Positions 50,550 to 61,675 of a DNA stretch of 64,000 nucleotides are shown here, one piece after another. Made by a program: the position numbers and the translations under genes. This DNA comes from Limisphaerales bacterium. GTDB lineage: Bacteria; Verrucomicrobiota; Verrucomicrobiia; Limisphaerales; AAA164-E04. The stretch lies in assembly GCA_024761205.1 (NCBI GenBank), contig JAMASS010000013.1:19802-83801 (forward strand), written 5' to 3'. The notes under the pieces were generated by a model. That model was not told the DNA's origin, made no database searches, and worked only from the letters and a program-made list of their open reading frames with translations. Numbering within the stretch: the first letter of the stretch is position 1; every line of letters starts with the position of its first letter.

Positions 50550-52703
50550 GTGACAACGATCGTCCGCTTTATCTTCCAAATTCTGTTTCGTTTCCGTGCC
50601 TACGGACAAGATGGCGTCGATGTTGAAGGCCCGGTGCTGTTGATACCAAACCACGTCTCGTGGATCGATTTCCTTTTTCTCGGGGTCTGCCTCGACAAGG
50701 ATTGGCGCTTCGTTACCTCCAGCACCACCGCTGAAACCAGCTGGCTGCATCGGCGCATCATGCGAAGTCGCCGGGCGTTTCCCGTCAATACAACATCTCC
50801 CTACTCCGTCAAACACATTGCCAAGCATCTCAACGCCGGCGGCCGGCTGGTCCTCTTTGCCGAGGGCCGGATCTCAACGACCGGCTCACTCATGAAACTC
50901 TTTGAAGGCACCGGGTTTCTACTTTTGAAGACCAAGGCCAAAATCATCACTTGCTACATCCGAGGAGCCAACCGACTGCGCTGCACCCGACACGACGGAT
51001 GGAAACAGTGGTTCCCCAAAATCACCGTTCATTTCAGTGAGGTTCAAAGCCCGCCATCTCGAAAATTCTCAAACACGGTTCAGGGACGCAAAACATTGAC
51101 GGCATGGTTACGGGACCGATTGGTGGAACAACGGCTTTCCACTGAGCGTGATTTTGGTCCTCGAACCGTCCTGGATTCAATTATTGAGAACCGCTACCAA
51201 CGACCGGGATTCTCGGTATTGGAAGACATGACCTTCACAAAGCTTTCGTACCGCAAACTGCTCGCCGGGATCGAAATTCTGGCCGCTCAATGGCCGTCAT
51301 TCATTTCCTCCCAGCGTCAACCCATCGGCGTCCTTCTTCCCAGCATCAAGGCGACCCCGGTGGCGATCACCAGTTTCTGGGTAGCAGGTCTGACACCGGC
51401 GCTCTTGAATTTCTCCACCGGAATCCCCACCCTGCTGACTTGCTGCGACCTGGCAAATATTTACACCGTAGTCACCTCGAAGAGATTCCTCAAACGCGCC
51501 AAGCTAGACTTGGCGCCTCTGGAACAAAGAGGCATCCGATTGCTCTTTCTGGAAGATGTCCGTGCCCAAGTCGGCACGATGACACGGCTAAGAATGTTCC
51601 TCAAGCAGGCCTTATTTCGCCCGTTTCAGGACTTCAAACCGGCGCTCCAAGACACCGCCGTCATTCTCTTCACGAGCGGCTCTGAAGGGGTTCCTAAGGG
51701 CGTGGAACTCTCCCATGCCAACCTGATGGCGAACATTCAACAAATGCTGTCGGTCATTGATATCACGGACAGCGATCGAGTGTTTAACGCACTGCCCATG
51801 TTTCATAGCTTTGGGCTAACGATTGGGACCTTGCTCCCTTTAGTCCGAGGCATCCATGTGTTTCTTTATCCTTCCCCGCTGCATTATCGAATGGTGCCAG
51901 CCGTGATCTACGACCGTCGGTGCACGATCATGCTGAGCACCAACACCTTTCTCAACGGCTACGCTCGTAAGGCGCACGCGTACGATTTCAATTCCATTCG
52001 GTACCTGTTCGCCGGGGCTGAAAAAACTCAAGAGACCACTTTCGAGACTTGGGCACAAAAATACGGCATCCGGATCTTGGAAGGTTATGGCACCACCGAA
52101 TGCAGCCCATGCATTAGCGTGAATACGGGGATGGAAGTGAAGATCGGTTCCGCCGGCAGATTACTGCCTGCAATTCAACATCGACTCGAAACCATCCCCG
52201 GTGTTGATAAAGGAGGCCGCCTTCATATCCGTGGTCCCAATGTCATGAAGGGTTACTTGAACCCAGAGGCGAATCAGGAATTCCAAGCCCTTGAAGGATG
52301 GTATGACACCGGAGACATCGCTGATATTGATGATGAAGGATATGTCTATATCTTGGGGCGGCTAAAGCGCTTCGCCAAGGTGAGCGGTGAAATGATCAGT
52401 CTGAGCGCAGTTGAGGAATCTCTCGCTGGTAAATTCAACCATCATGGACTACGAACCGAAGTCGCGATCCTTTCGCGACCGGACTCTCAAAGGGGCGAGC
52501 AATTGATTGCCGTCAGCAATAACCCTGCCGTCTCCCTTACCGAGATCAGGGAAACCATCAAGGCCGGTGGTCACTCGAATCTGAGCATTCCCCGCCAACT
52601 CGAGGTCGTAAAGGAAATTCCCAAGCTGGGCACCGGCAAGGTTGATCATCGAAATCTCCAAAAATCACTGGAGAAATCCGCTTCCGCCGAATTCGGTTCT
52701 TAG
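50550..52703 (+). CDS. aas: Bifunctional 2-acylglycerophosphoethanolamine acyltransferase / acyl-ACP synthetase
   Basis: NHVSWID and FAEG (PlsC domain); FTSGSEGVPKG, EGYGTTE, WYDTGD, KLGTGK. Confidence 0.92.
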   Translation: MTTIVRFIFQILFRFRAYGQDGVDVEGPVLLIPNHVSWIDFLFLGVCLDKDWRFVTSSTTAETSWLHRRIMRSRRAFPVNTTSPYSVKHIAKHLNAGGRLVLFAEGRISTTGSLMKLFEGTGFLLLKTKAKIITCYIRGANRLRCTRHDGWKQWFPKITVHFSEVQSPPSRKFSNTVQGRKTLTAWLRDRLVEQRLSTERDFGPRTVLDSIIENRYQRPGFSVLEDMTFTKLSYRKLLAGIEILAAQWPSFISSQRQPIGVLLPSIKATPVAITSFWVAGLTPALLNFSTGIPTLLTCCDLANIYTVVTSKRFLKRAKLDLAPLEQRGIRLLFLEDVRAQVGTMTRLRMFLKQALFRPFQDFKPALQDTAVILFTSGSEGVPKGVELSHANLMANIQQMLSVIDITDSDRVFNALPMFHSFGLTIGTLLPLVRGIHVFLYPSPLHYRMVPAVIYDRRCTIMLSTNTFLNGYARKAHAYDFNSIRYLFAGAEKTQETTFETWAQKYGIRILEGYGTTECSPCISVNTGMEVKIGSAGRLLPAIQHRLETIPGVDKGGRLHIRGPNVMKGYLNPEANQEFQALEGWYDTGDIADIDDEGYVYILGRLKRFAKVSGEMISLSAVEESLAGKFNHHGLRTEVAILSRPDSQRGEQLIAVSNNPAVSLTEIRETIKAGGHSNLSIPRQLEVVKEIPKLGTGKVDHRNLQKSLEKSASAEFGS

Positions 52704-53599
52704 ATGTCCAATAGCCAGCAAATCACACCCTTTTGGGCATGCAAGCGGTTCTCAGCCTGGTCAAACACGGTTTGCTGGTGGGCTTCCAGCACCGCATCGG
52801 TGATCTCCTTGCCCCGATAAGCCGGCAGGCAATGCATTACCAAGACGGACTCCTTAGCCTCCCGAACCACTCCGTCGTTGATCTGAAATCCCTGAAAGGT
52901 CTGCTCACGCGCTTCGGCCTCAGACTCCATTCCCATCGAAACCCAGACATCCGTGTAAAGCACATCAGCGCCACGAGCTGCATCCCTAACATCATCGGTA
53001 ACTCGGACATTCCCGCCGATTCGCTGCAACAGCGCTTCGTTCGGCCGGAAGCCCTCGGGCGCCGCAATCCGGAGTTCAAAGCCGAATTTACTAGCCGCAA
53101 AAACCCAAGAAGTCGCAACGTTGCAAGCACCATCACCGATAAAGGCAACCACTCGATCTTCAATGGTTCCCATCTTTTCCTGCACCGTCAGGATATCCGC
53201 CATGATCTGACAAGGATGCGCATGATCCGTTAGCGCGTTGATCGTTGGGATCTTTCCATAAGCCGCAAAATCAACGAGCTCCTGATGATCAAACGTCCGA
53301 ATCACAGCGCCATGGACCATACGCCCCAACACACGAGCCGTATCTCGAATAGGCTCTCCCCTTCCCAGCTGTAACTCACGAGCACTAAGAAACAGAGCTC
53401 GGCCACCCAGCTCTCGGATGCCGACTTCGAAAGAGACCCGCGTACGAGTGGAAGACTTGGAAAAGATTAATGCCCAAGTCTGCCCCTTGAGTGGTTGATG
53501 CGTCTCATCGCCTCGCAGGGACTTGAGCTGTTCGGACCGTTTGAGAATCGCCTTCAACGCATTCGTGGAATGCTCTTCAAGGCTTAGGAAATGTTTCAT
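52700..53599 (-). CDS. argF: Ornithine carbamoyltransferase
   Basis: FSKSSTRTR, HPCQ, YTDVWVSMG, HCLP, DQAENR. Confidence 0.95.
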   Translation of the reverse strand: MKHFLSLEEHSTNALKAILKRSEQLKSLRGDETHQPLKGQTWALIFSKSSTRTRVSFEVGIRELGGRALFLSARELQLGRGEPIRDTARVLGRMVHGAVIRTFDHQELVDFAAYGKIPTINALTDHAHPCQIMADILTVQEKMGTIEDRVVAFIGDGACNVATSWVFAASKFGFELRIAAPEGFRPNEALLQRIGGNVRVTDDVRDAARGADVLYTDVWVSMGMESEAEAREQTFQGFQINDGVVREAKESVLVMHCLPAYRGKEITDAVLEAHQQTVFDQAENRLHAQKGVICWLLDI

Positions 53600-54876
53600 G
53601 CTATCAGCTTCTCGATCGTACGCTGCAAAATAACTATGGCCTCCTCCGCCTCTTCTCGCTTGAGATTCAAGGGCGGTAAAAACCGAATGACCCGTTGCCC
53701 GGCGGGAATTGTGAGCATTCCCTCTCGTTGCACGGCTTCGACCACCTGCAAGGAGATCGGTCGCTCCTTGGTCAGCAGTTTGGAAAAACTCTCAGCGAAT
53801 TCCACTCCCAGCATCAAACCCAAACCCCGCACCTCCTTGATGACCGCAGGATATTGTTCCTGCAATCTCATGAGAGAAACTCTCAAACAATCGCCGACAT
53901 CTCTCGCATTCTGTTCGAGGCTCGACGCCTCAATCTCAGCGAGAACTGCCAACCCCACGGCACTCGCAAGGGGTGTCCCACCAAAAGTCGCGCCATGCGT
54001 TCCCGGCCCCAAAACATCCGCATAACGCTCATTCACCCAGATGGCTCCGAGAGGAAAGCCGCCGCCCAAGGACTTCGCCATCGAGATAGCGTCCGGCAAA
54101 AACCCTTCGCCAGCGGCGTATCCCTCAAGAATCCGCTGATAACTCTGAAATCGACCGGTCCGAAAATGACCACACTGAACGCCATCAAACAACAGCAGCA
54201 AACCGCGTTCATCACACAGAGACCGCAGCCCAAGGAGGAACTCCGGACTGGCCACGTTGATCCCTCCTTCGCCCTGAATCCCCTCAATCATCACGGCGAT
54301 CGTCGCCGGACTAATGGCTTCTTCGGCAGCTTTGAGAGAGTCAAACGGAACGTGGCGAAATCCCGGCACCAACGGCTCGAACCCGGTTTTCACCTTTTGC
54401 TGCCCCGTAGCCGAAATTCCCGCTAGCGTACGGCCGTGAAACGAATTCTGACAGGTAATCACTTCAAAGCGCCCTGATTCACTGCCGACTTTTCTGGCGA
54501 GTTTGAACAGGGCTTCATTCGCTTCCACCCCGCTACTGCAGAAGAAACACTTTCCCGGCCCGATCAGGTCGACCAGCTCCTCGGCAAAGCGACCCTGCAG
54601 ATCGTGATAATACAAATTGGAAACATGTATCAGCTGCCGCACTTGTCGCGAAATCGCCTCGGCAATCGCCGGGTGGCAATGCCCCAAGGCACACACTGCA
54701 ACCCCAGCACCGACATCCAGATAACGACGGTTTCGATCATCCAAAACATAACTGCCTTCACTGCGAGTCAACACCATATCAAACCGCCCATAGACCGGAA
54801 TGACACACCGGTCAAATCGCTCCTTGACCGCCGTCCCCTCAGGGGTGACACCGCTTAGTGTTGGGTTCTGACTCAT
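53596..54876 (-). CDS. argD: Acetylornithine aminotransferase
   Basis: SGVEANE, FHGRT, IQGEGG, MAKSLGGG, HGATFGG; arg operon context. Confidence 0.92.
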   Translation of the reverse strand: MSQNPTLSGVTPEGTAVKERFDRCVIPVYGRFDMVLTRSEGSYVLDDRNRRYLDVGAGVAVCALGHCHPAIAEAISRQVRQLIHVSNLYYHDLQGRFAEELVDLIGPGKCFFCSSGVEANEALFKLARKVGSESGRFEVITCQNSFHGRTLAGISATGQQKVKTGFEPLVPGFRHVPFDSLKAAEEAISPATIAVMIEGIQGEGGINVASPEFLLGLRSLCDERGLLLLFDGVQCGHFRTGRFQSYQRILEGYAAGEGFLPDAISMAKSLGGGFPLGAIWVNERYADVLGPGTHGATFGGTPLASAVGLAVLAEIEASSLEQNARDVGDCLRVSLMRLQEQYPAVIKEVRGLGLMLGVEFAESFSKLLTKERPISLQVVEAVQREGMLTIPAGQRVIRFLPPLNLKREEAEEAIVILQRTIEKLIA

Positions 54877-55748
54877 GGAATCACTTGCGTGCCGACCCCT
54901 TGATCGGTGAAAATCTCCAGCAGCACAGCGTGACTCACTCGGCCATCCACCATCGACACCTTTTTCACACCGGCCTGAATCGCTTCGACCGCGCTACTGA
55001 CTTTCGGAATCATGCCCGCGCCGATGATCGAATCTGCTTTGAGTCGTTTTGTCTCCGCCACTGAAACCTTGCTAATCACACTGTCCGGGTCGTTAGGATC
55101 GCGCAACAATCCTGGCACATCGCTCATGTAGACGAGTCGCCGTGCTTTGAGAGCAACCGCCAACTCAGCCGCCACCAGATCTGCGTTACAATTATAGAGA
55201 TGCCCATCATGGCCGCGCGCAGTCGGACTAATGACCGGGGTAATCCCCTCCTTGATCGCCTGTAGAATGGGGTCCACATCAATCAAAGTGACCTCCCCTA
55301 CAAAGCCCAAATTATAGCTCTCGCCCTCGGGCGTTTTAAAAACCTTCTGACGACAGTGCAAGATGTTCCGTCCCGGCACACCGATAGCCCCCCCTCCCAA
55401 ATCCTTAATGGTCGCCACAATCTCGGGATTAATCTCGCTGGAAAGCACCCGGTCCACGAGCTCAACCGAGGCGTTATCCGTCGCCCGATGGCCTTGCACA
55501 AACTCCGGTTCCAATCCGGCTTCCTTCATCGCCCGGCTAATGGCTTTGCCCCCGCCGTGAACGACGACTGGATTGATCCCGACGGCTTCCAAGAACACAA
55601 TGTCCCGAGCGACTCCACTTCGAACTGCAGGATCCGGAGAATCCATAAAACTCCCGCCATACTTCACGACGAACGTCGCACCATTAAACCGCTGGATATA
55701 GGGTAGCGCCTCTAGGAGTGTGGCGGCTTTATCAATCAGTTCCTGCAC
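54873..55748 (-). CDS. argB: Acetylglutamate kinase
   Basis: EALPYI, VKYGG, VHGGG, NCNAD, GMIPK. Confidence 0.95.
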   Translation of the reverse strand: MQELIDKAATLLEALPYIQRFNGATFVVKYGGSFMDSPDPAVRSGVARDIVFLEAVGINPVVVHGGGKAISRAMKEAGLEPEFVQGHRATDNASVELVDRVLSSEINPEIVATIKDLGGGAIGVPGRNILHCRQKVFKTPEGESYNLGFVGEVTLIDVDPILQAIKEGITPVISPTARGHDGHLYNCNADLVAAELAVALKARRLVYMSDVPGLLRDPNDPDSVISKVSVAETKRLKADSIIGAGMIPKVSSAVEAIQAGVKKVSMVDGRVSHAVLLEIFTDQGVGTQVIP

Positions 55749-55751
55749 AAT

Positions 55752-57080
55752 TTATCCCCCCAAAGCTACCGGGTTGGAAATATCCCCCTTGTTAAAATCG
55801 ACATACGCCTCCGTAAGATCACAAGTATGGACAACAGCAGCACCCTTTCCGAGATTCAGATGGATATGCAAATCAAATGCCTCCCGAGCCACTTCGGCGC
55901 ACAATCTTTCAAAAGCGGCCTTGGTCGGGCACCCTTGTTTCAACGAATAAACAAGCTTCTTGGACTCAGGTGCACTGTAAGCGATGTCGACCTTCTCCTC
56001 CGCCACCGTCGCCGGTGAATAACCCAGAGCATCTAGGATTCGCCCCCAATTGGGATCGCCGCCACACCAACTCGTTTTGACCAACAAGCTGTTCGCCACC
56101 GAGCGAGCGGCCGCCATCGCCTCATAAGTGTTCCTGGCTCCGAACACACGCAACGTCACAAACTTGGATGCCCCTTCACCATCTCGCACCATCATCTTGG
56201 CGAGATCCGAACACACATGGGTTAAGGCTTCTTGAAAGACTTGAAACAAAGGAGCTCTGGCTGAACGCACTATCGAATTACCCGCCCGGCCATTGGCCAT
56301 GAGAATGACCGAATCATTGGTACTCATATCACCATCGACGGTAATCGAATTAAAACTTCGTTCAACCGCAGTGGTCAGCGCCTGCTGCAGGAGCCCCTGA
56401 GATATCGCGATGTCCGTGGTAAGAAACGACAACATGGTCGCCTGAATCTCCCGCTCCCGAGATCGCTTTCCATCCGGAGTCATGTAGGGATCAATCATGC
56501 CAGCACCCTTCGCAATACCGCCAATGCGGATGCTCCCCCGCGGGCGGGGGATTTCAACCGCCCGCTCCTTGGAATGAGTGTCGCTAGTCATGATCGCCTC
56601 CGCTGCCGCCTTTCCCTGCGCCGCCGCCGCCGCCAAGGCCTTGGCGGCCAAGCGGATCCCTTTCTTAATGTTGGTCATGGGCAGAGGCATGCCGATTCGC
56701 CCGGTCGACGCAACGAGAACCTGCCGAGGATTGATTCCAAGCACCCGTCCCGTTTCCGTTGCCATCGCTTCAGCATCACGGAGACCTCGGTCTCCGGTAC
56801 ACGCGTTGGCATTTCCTGAATTCACCACGATCGCCTGCCCCACGCCTTCCTTCATCCGCTTCAGACACCATTTGACGGGGGCGGCACAGACCTGATTCGT
56901 CGTATACAATCCAGCAATCGGCCCCGGCATATCGGCCACGATCAAGGCTAAATCAAGACCCACCTCTTTGTCCGATCCCTTCCCCTTACCCAATCGTTTG
57001 ACATCACAGAATACACCCGCAGCCCGAAAACCATTAGGGGCAGTCACTGACCCAGGAATCGTCTGAAACGAAAATGCCAT
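55752..57080 (-). CDS. argJ: Bifunctional ornithine acetyltransferase / N-acetylglutamate synthase
   Basis: NSGNANACTG, STGRIG, KGAGMI, ATML, DGDMSTND, RDGEGA, DPNWGR. Confidence 0.95.
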   Translation of the reverse strand: MAFSFQTIPGSVTAPNGFRAAGVFCDVKRLGKGKGSDKEVGLDLALIVADMPGPIAGLYTTNQVCAAPVKWCLKRMKEGVGQAIVVNSGNANACTGDRGLRDAEAMATETGRVLGINPRQVLVASTGRIGMPLPMTNIKKGIRLAAKALAAAAAQGKAAAEAIMTSDTHSKERAVEIPRPRGSIRIGGIAKGAGMIDPYMTPDGKRSREREIQATMLSFLTTDIAISQGLLQQALTTAVERSFNSITVDGDMSTNDSVILMANGRAGNSIVRSARAPLFQVFQEALTHVCSDLAKMMVRDGEGASKFVTLRVFGARNTYEAMAAARSVANSLLVKTSWCGGDPNWGRILDALGYSPATVAEEKVDIAYSAPESKKLVYSLKQGCPTKAAFERLCAEVAREAFDLHIHLNLGKGAAVVHTCDLTEAYVDFNKGDISNPVALGG

Positions 57081-57324
57081 AGGAAATAAAAAGCCAATGC
57101 TTTGTCTGAAGGAAAATACTGGGAGAAATTAAAGAACGAGCAGACCCCCACAAAGCTTCAATTAAGAAACTCTGTACGGTAACATCAAATACAGGTTGTT
57201 GCTGAAGCCCTCGTCATGCTGCGCCAAAAGAACCAATTCTCTCCCCACTTGTCAATCCAACATTCGATGCCACATAAGCACATAAGTGGCGGGCGCAGTT
57301 CAATTTTTGGAAAGTGATGATTTG

Positions 57325-58040
57325 GAGCAGGGCGGGAAAAGAGGAGAATCCCGGCGCCGTTGCGCCCACAGGCGTCCAACCAAGGAATGCCCAGGCTTTT
57401 GAATCGGCAGGGCCGTGCCGGCCCTCGAGAGGGCTGCCTTAGCGTCCGACCAAGCAGACAATTGCCTGCTCCCTCGGGGCGTCCGCCGCGTTCTCCCTGA
57501 ATCCGCCTCCGAGGGGCTTTCCCTGCTTGGCGATCCCCCCTTCCCAACGTTGCCCCGGCGGGCTCCCCGCCTTTTCGAGGAGAGCGCGCCTCATGCCGTT
57601 GGCCCGCTTTTGCCGGTTGGCGTGCGCCTTTCATAGAGCGGAGGCTTGGCGGGCCATCCCGGGACGGCTTTTTCAGTGCCAACACTCCTGCGGCAAGGGG
57701 CGGTTCGCGCTTTTTCGAGCGGGGGCGACCCATTCGGAGCCGATGGGTGAGGCCTTGGCGACTTTCTGTCGCACCCGGCGCCCCAAGGGCCTTGCTGCCG
57801 GAACACTTGCCTGCCCATTTGCCATTCGTCTTCCAAACGCCCCAAGGGATATCCTCTCCCTAGGGGGCGTCAAACCCTGCTTCAGCGAGCGGAATTCCTC
57901 CCCCCGCTTGGCCCTTCCCGCGGAGGGACGGCCACTGTCCGAGACCTTGGCGGTCCCGCGATGCTCCCGGAATCAATCGCATGGACATTCCACGCATCAC
58001 ATTGATTGTCCAGCCGCGCGCTACCTCACCTCCCTTTTTT
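57325..58040. other. GC-rich, hairpin-dense non-coding insert of unknown identity
   Basis: Several stems (57728-57748, 57758-57772, 57837-57870); no convincing ORF in any frame. Confidence 0.4.
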
Positions 58041-58140
58041 TGAACCGCACGGCCTGCATCTGTGTGAGAGCCTCGGGTGCCAGCGGAGGGATTATCCAAA
58101 GTGGCGAAGAATCACCGATGACAACCAGCGAACGACTCTA

Positions 58141-59568
58141 ATGAAAGCGCATCCACGACTATCTATCAGCAGCCAGCTACGTATCAATTGGCCTCCTTTG
58201 CATTGCGTCTTTCGCACTCACAATTACGATGATAAACCTCAACGCTGAGGCCTTCCGCTCTATGTCGAAGGCCACGCGGATCAACTCAATTGCCTCTCAG
58301 ACGAAATTGCGCAACTTCATGTTTCGATCACCGCCGATCATTACTCGCTATCGATCACTCGACTAGGCACCGAACCAAAGGAAGTGAAATCCGTTTCGAA
58401 AATCCCCGGCGAGGAACATCCGACTCTGAAGAACGCATCCGCACACGGCTGCCAATGGCCCGTTAGCTACGAGTTCGAGATTCCGTCCGACTGGCCTAAT
58501 CGGCTACTACGAAGCTTCCCTCAACGTCAAAGACGCAGCGGCAAGTTTATCCAACGGAACCAACGCACAGCCAGAGGGATATTTTTCTTTATCATTCGCT
58601 CCTCTAATCCCGGCAGGACCAGTCCCATCTTGCTGCAACTGACCACCAACACCTACAATGCCTATAATTAACTGGGATGGTTCCAACCTTTGCGCCTATC
58701 GCGGTTGCGCCAAGCTGCAAGGCCACAGGGTGTCTCTCGACCGTCCGCTCGCCGGACTGTTTCGCAACTGAGAATCCCCTTTTATCGTGTGGGTGGAGCA
58801 AAAAACGGTTTCCCCTTCAACTACGCAACCAACTCGGATCTGGAGCAATATCCCGACATGCTCAAAGCCTACAATCTCATCCTCAGCGTCGATCACGACG
58901 AATACTGGTCGCGCACCCATGCGCGATCATCTAGAGTCCTTTATCGCCGACGGGGGAAACGGCGCCTTCTTCAGTGGCAACGACAGTATTTGCTGGCAAG
59001 TGCGAACGGAGGACCAAGGACGCGCATTGACTTGCTGGAAACAGTGGTACAATTGAGATCCCTAGTTCACCACAGGTGATCACCAAACGCTATCAACTCT
59101 TTGGAGTCACCATCTCGTCAGTCGACCCGAAAACCAGCCGACCGGTGTGGGCTTGTGGCTTTCTTTGGGGTAGCTACATCGCAGTCACGGATGGTTCACA
59201 GCGTATCGACCGGACAACTGGCTCTTCAAGAAACCCAACTCCGTCAAGGCCAGGATTTCAGTGATAACAATACGATCGGTGGGCTACGAATGCGACGACT
59301 GCGAACTGCGTTGGGAGAACGGTCTCCCTTCCCTATCCCCAGTGTAACGGAACGCCCGATGGATTTACCGTCCTCGCAACCCCTCCGGCGAAGTGACATC
59401 CGGATGGCAGCTATTGGCATGATCGATTCGAGCAAGGCAGGGTCGGCGTCCTCGGCCTTTATCAACGAGACGGAACCATCGTTACCAACACCACCGACCG
59501 GTCCCACCAGCGAAGACCCGACTGTAAAGCGCATCACGACCAACATACTCAAGCAGTTATCGCTATAG
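58141..59568 (+). pseudogene. N,N-dimethylformamidase beta-subunit family pseudogene
   Basis: GCQWPVS..FEIPSDWP, TTNTYNAYN, YATNSDLE, LSVDHDEYWS, GGNGAFFSGN..CWQVR, ITTNIL; many frameshifts. Confidence 0.85.
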
Positions 59569-59817
59569 TCCCAAGACCTAACCTAAGATTCGCCTCAATC
59601 GCGGTAAATTGAAAGCGGCGAAAAATCATTGTACTCCCATCCTTCATCCCGCTTTCCACTTCGTGCGCCACGCTACCAACTCAACCCCTCCTTGTCATTC
59701 ACGCTTTCTCACTCTTCAGAATCCAACCAAATGCCTAGATTGACATTTTTGGCCCAGCTCCCAAGCTGAATGCAAAACAGTTAACCGGCCAAGCAACACA
59801 AAAAAGGAGGCACGATT

Positions 59818-60618
59818 ATGCCAGAAATGCATGAAGTCGATTACAAGATTTTCGGAGAGGAAATGCAGTTCGTTGAGATTGAACTCGATCCGCAAGAAGC
59901 CGTCGTCGCCGAAGCCGGTGGCATGATGTATATGGAACAAGGGATCGAGATGGAAACCATCTTTGGCGATGGTTCGCAACAAAACAGCGGCTTCCTAGGC
60001 AGCCTCATGAACGCCGGCAAACGACTCATCACCGGGGAATCTCTCTTTATGACCATCTTCCTCAATCGCGACATGGGTAAGCAGCGCGTCTCGTTCGGTG
60101 CACCGTATCCGGGTAAGATCATCGCCGTCCACCTGGCCGATCTGGGGGGTGAACTGATTACTCAAAAAGACTCGTTCCTGTGTGCGGCGAAGGGCGTCAG
60201 CATCGGCATCGCTTTTCAGAGACGTTTGGGTGCCGGTTTATTCGGCGGCGAGGGTTTCATCATGCAGCACCTCCAAGGCAACGGCTGGGCCTTTGTGCAC
60301 GCCGGGGGAACGCTCTATGAGAAAGAACTCAGTCCCGGTGAGGAATTGAGAGTCGATACCGGTTGCGTCGTGGCCTATCAAGCTACCGTTCGATTCGACG
60401 TCAAATATGTGGGCAAGATCAAGTCAGCGCTCTTTGGCGGTGAAGGGCTTTTCTTTGCTACACTCAGAGGCCCAGGGAGGGTTTGGCTGCAATCGCTGCC
60501 GCTCAGCCGTCTGGCAGGTCGTATCGTTTCTGCCGCGCCACAAACCGGTTCCGGAGGCAAAGGTGAAGGCTCCATCCTTGGGGGTATCGGTAACCTCTTA
60601 GACGGCGATAATCATTAG
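59818..60618 (+). CDS. AIM24/TIGR00266 family protein
   Basis: AEAGGMMYM, TGESLF, FGGEGFIMQ, VDTGC, GPGRVWLQSLP. Confidence 0.9.
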   Translation: MPEMHEVDYKIFGEEMQFVEIELDPQEAVVAEAGGMMYMEQGIEMETIFGDGSQQNSGFLGSLMNAGKRLITGESLFMTIFLNRDMGKQRVSFGAPYPGKIIAVHLADLGGELITQKDSFLCAAKGVSIGIAFQRRLGAGLFGGEGFIMQHLQGNGWAFVHAGGTLYEKELSPGEELRVDTGCVVAYQATVRFDVKYVGKIKSALFGGEGLFFATLRGPGRVWLQSLPLSRLAGRIVSAAPQTGSGGKGEGSILGGIGNLLDGDNH

Positions 60619-61460
60619 TGCTTGGCGCTTGCGCCACCCAACTACCCAAACCCAGACAGACTGTGTTCTTCGCCTTCAATTACGGAGACCTTGTTCAACC
60701 GCTGCCGCTTCTTTGGTTTCTTTGCATTGCGGCCACCACCTATGCTTTTCGCAGAAAACAGTGGCGTAGCGGATTCGCGTTTCTCTTCATCACCTGCATT
60801 TTCTACGCCATCGGTGCCACACCCGTCCCCGCAAAACTCATCACCCGGTTGGAAGCATCCTACTATCCCGCCGACTGGGATTCGATCCCTTCGGCAGACG
60901 CGATCTTGATTCTCGGCGGCACCATTAACGCTTCACCTCGCGACCTCACAGGATTTAACCTAGCGCGAGAAGCGGATCGAATCATCACCGGATTTAGCTT
61001 GGCCCGCCAGGGCAAAGCCAAGGCCCTGGTGCTGGGTGGCAGCAAATATCGAATTACAGAAACGGCCCGGACAGAGGGCGAACACGTGCAGCACTGGTTT
61101 CAGTCATGGGGCATCGCCGATATCCCGACCTACATCCTACCCGAATGCACTAACACCCACGACGAAGCCCTCCGCACAAGGAATCTCGTCAACGAGCACA
61201 ATTGGGCGTCAATCCTACTCGTCACGTCGGGCTCTCACATGCTGCGCGCGGAGGCCACCTTCCGTGCGGCTGGGATCAAAGTGATTCCGGTCGCTTGCGA
61301 TTTTGAGGGAGCCACCGTTCTTGACGCTGGCAAAGGTTGGAATTTTGTTCCCCAAGAAACGGGCTTCTACCTGATGAAACTCTATATTCACGAGGTTGTC
61401 GGCTGGCCCTACTATCGCCTCAGGGGATGGATCAAAGCCCCTCGGAAGTTCATCGGTTGA
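60618..61460 (+). CDS. YdcF/ElyC (DUF218) family protein
   Basis: AILILGG, ADR, NTHDEA, LVTSGSHMLRA, HEVVG; true start may be slightly downstream. Confidence 0.88.
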   Translation: MLGACATQLPKPRQTVFFAFNYGDLVQPLPLLWFLCIAATTYAFRRKQWRSGFAFLFITCIFYAIGATPVPAKLITRLEASYYPADWDSIPSADAILILGGTINASPRDLTGFNLAREADRIITGFSLARQGKAKALVLGGSKYRITETARTEGEHVQHWFQSWGIADIPTYILPECTNTHDEALRTRNLVNEHNWASILLVTSGSHMLRAEATFRAAGIKVIPVACDFEGATVLDAGKGWNFVPQETGFYLMKLYIHEVVGWPYYRLRGWIKAPRKFIG

Positions 61461-61675
61461 AAAAAGCAGCAGCAAAGGCAATAGGCTGAATGAAAAATTC
61501 AATGTCACCAGGTCTTCCGGCAATTGTTTCTTAAGTGATCGGATAAAAAGCGAGGCGCCAACTGTCGCTTCGATTGTAGTAGACGATTTGCCTCCGCTGG
61601 CAAGGGGATTTCATACCTTCCGGTAACTTCGTTTACTTTAATCCCGAGACTCACGCTTTGAAAAACTGAGCCGAT

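Noticed and set aside
57740-57790. Group II intron domain V on the - strand
   Set aside because: The 3' arm does not pair as domain V requires, and no domain VI or RT ORF follows
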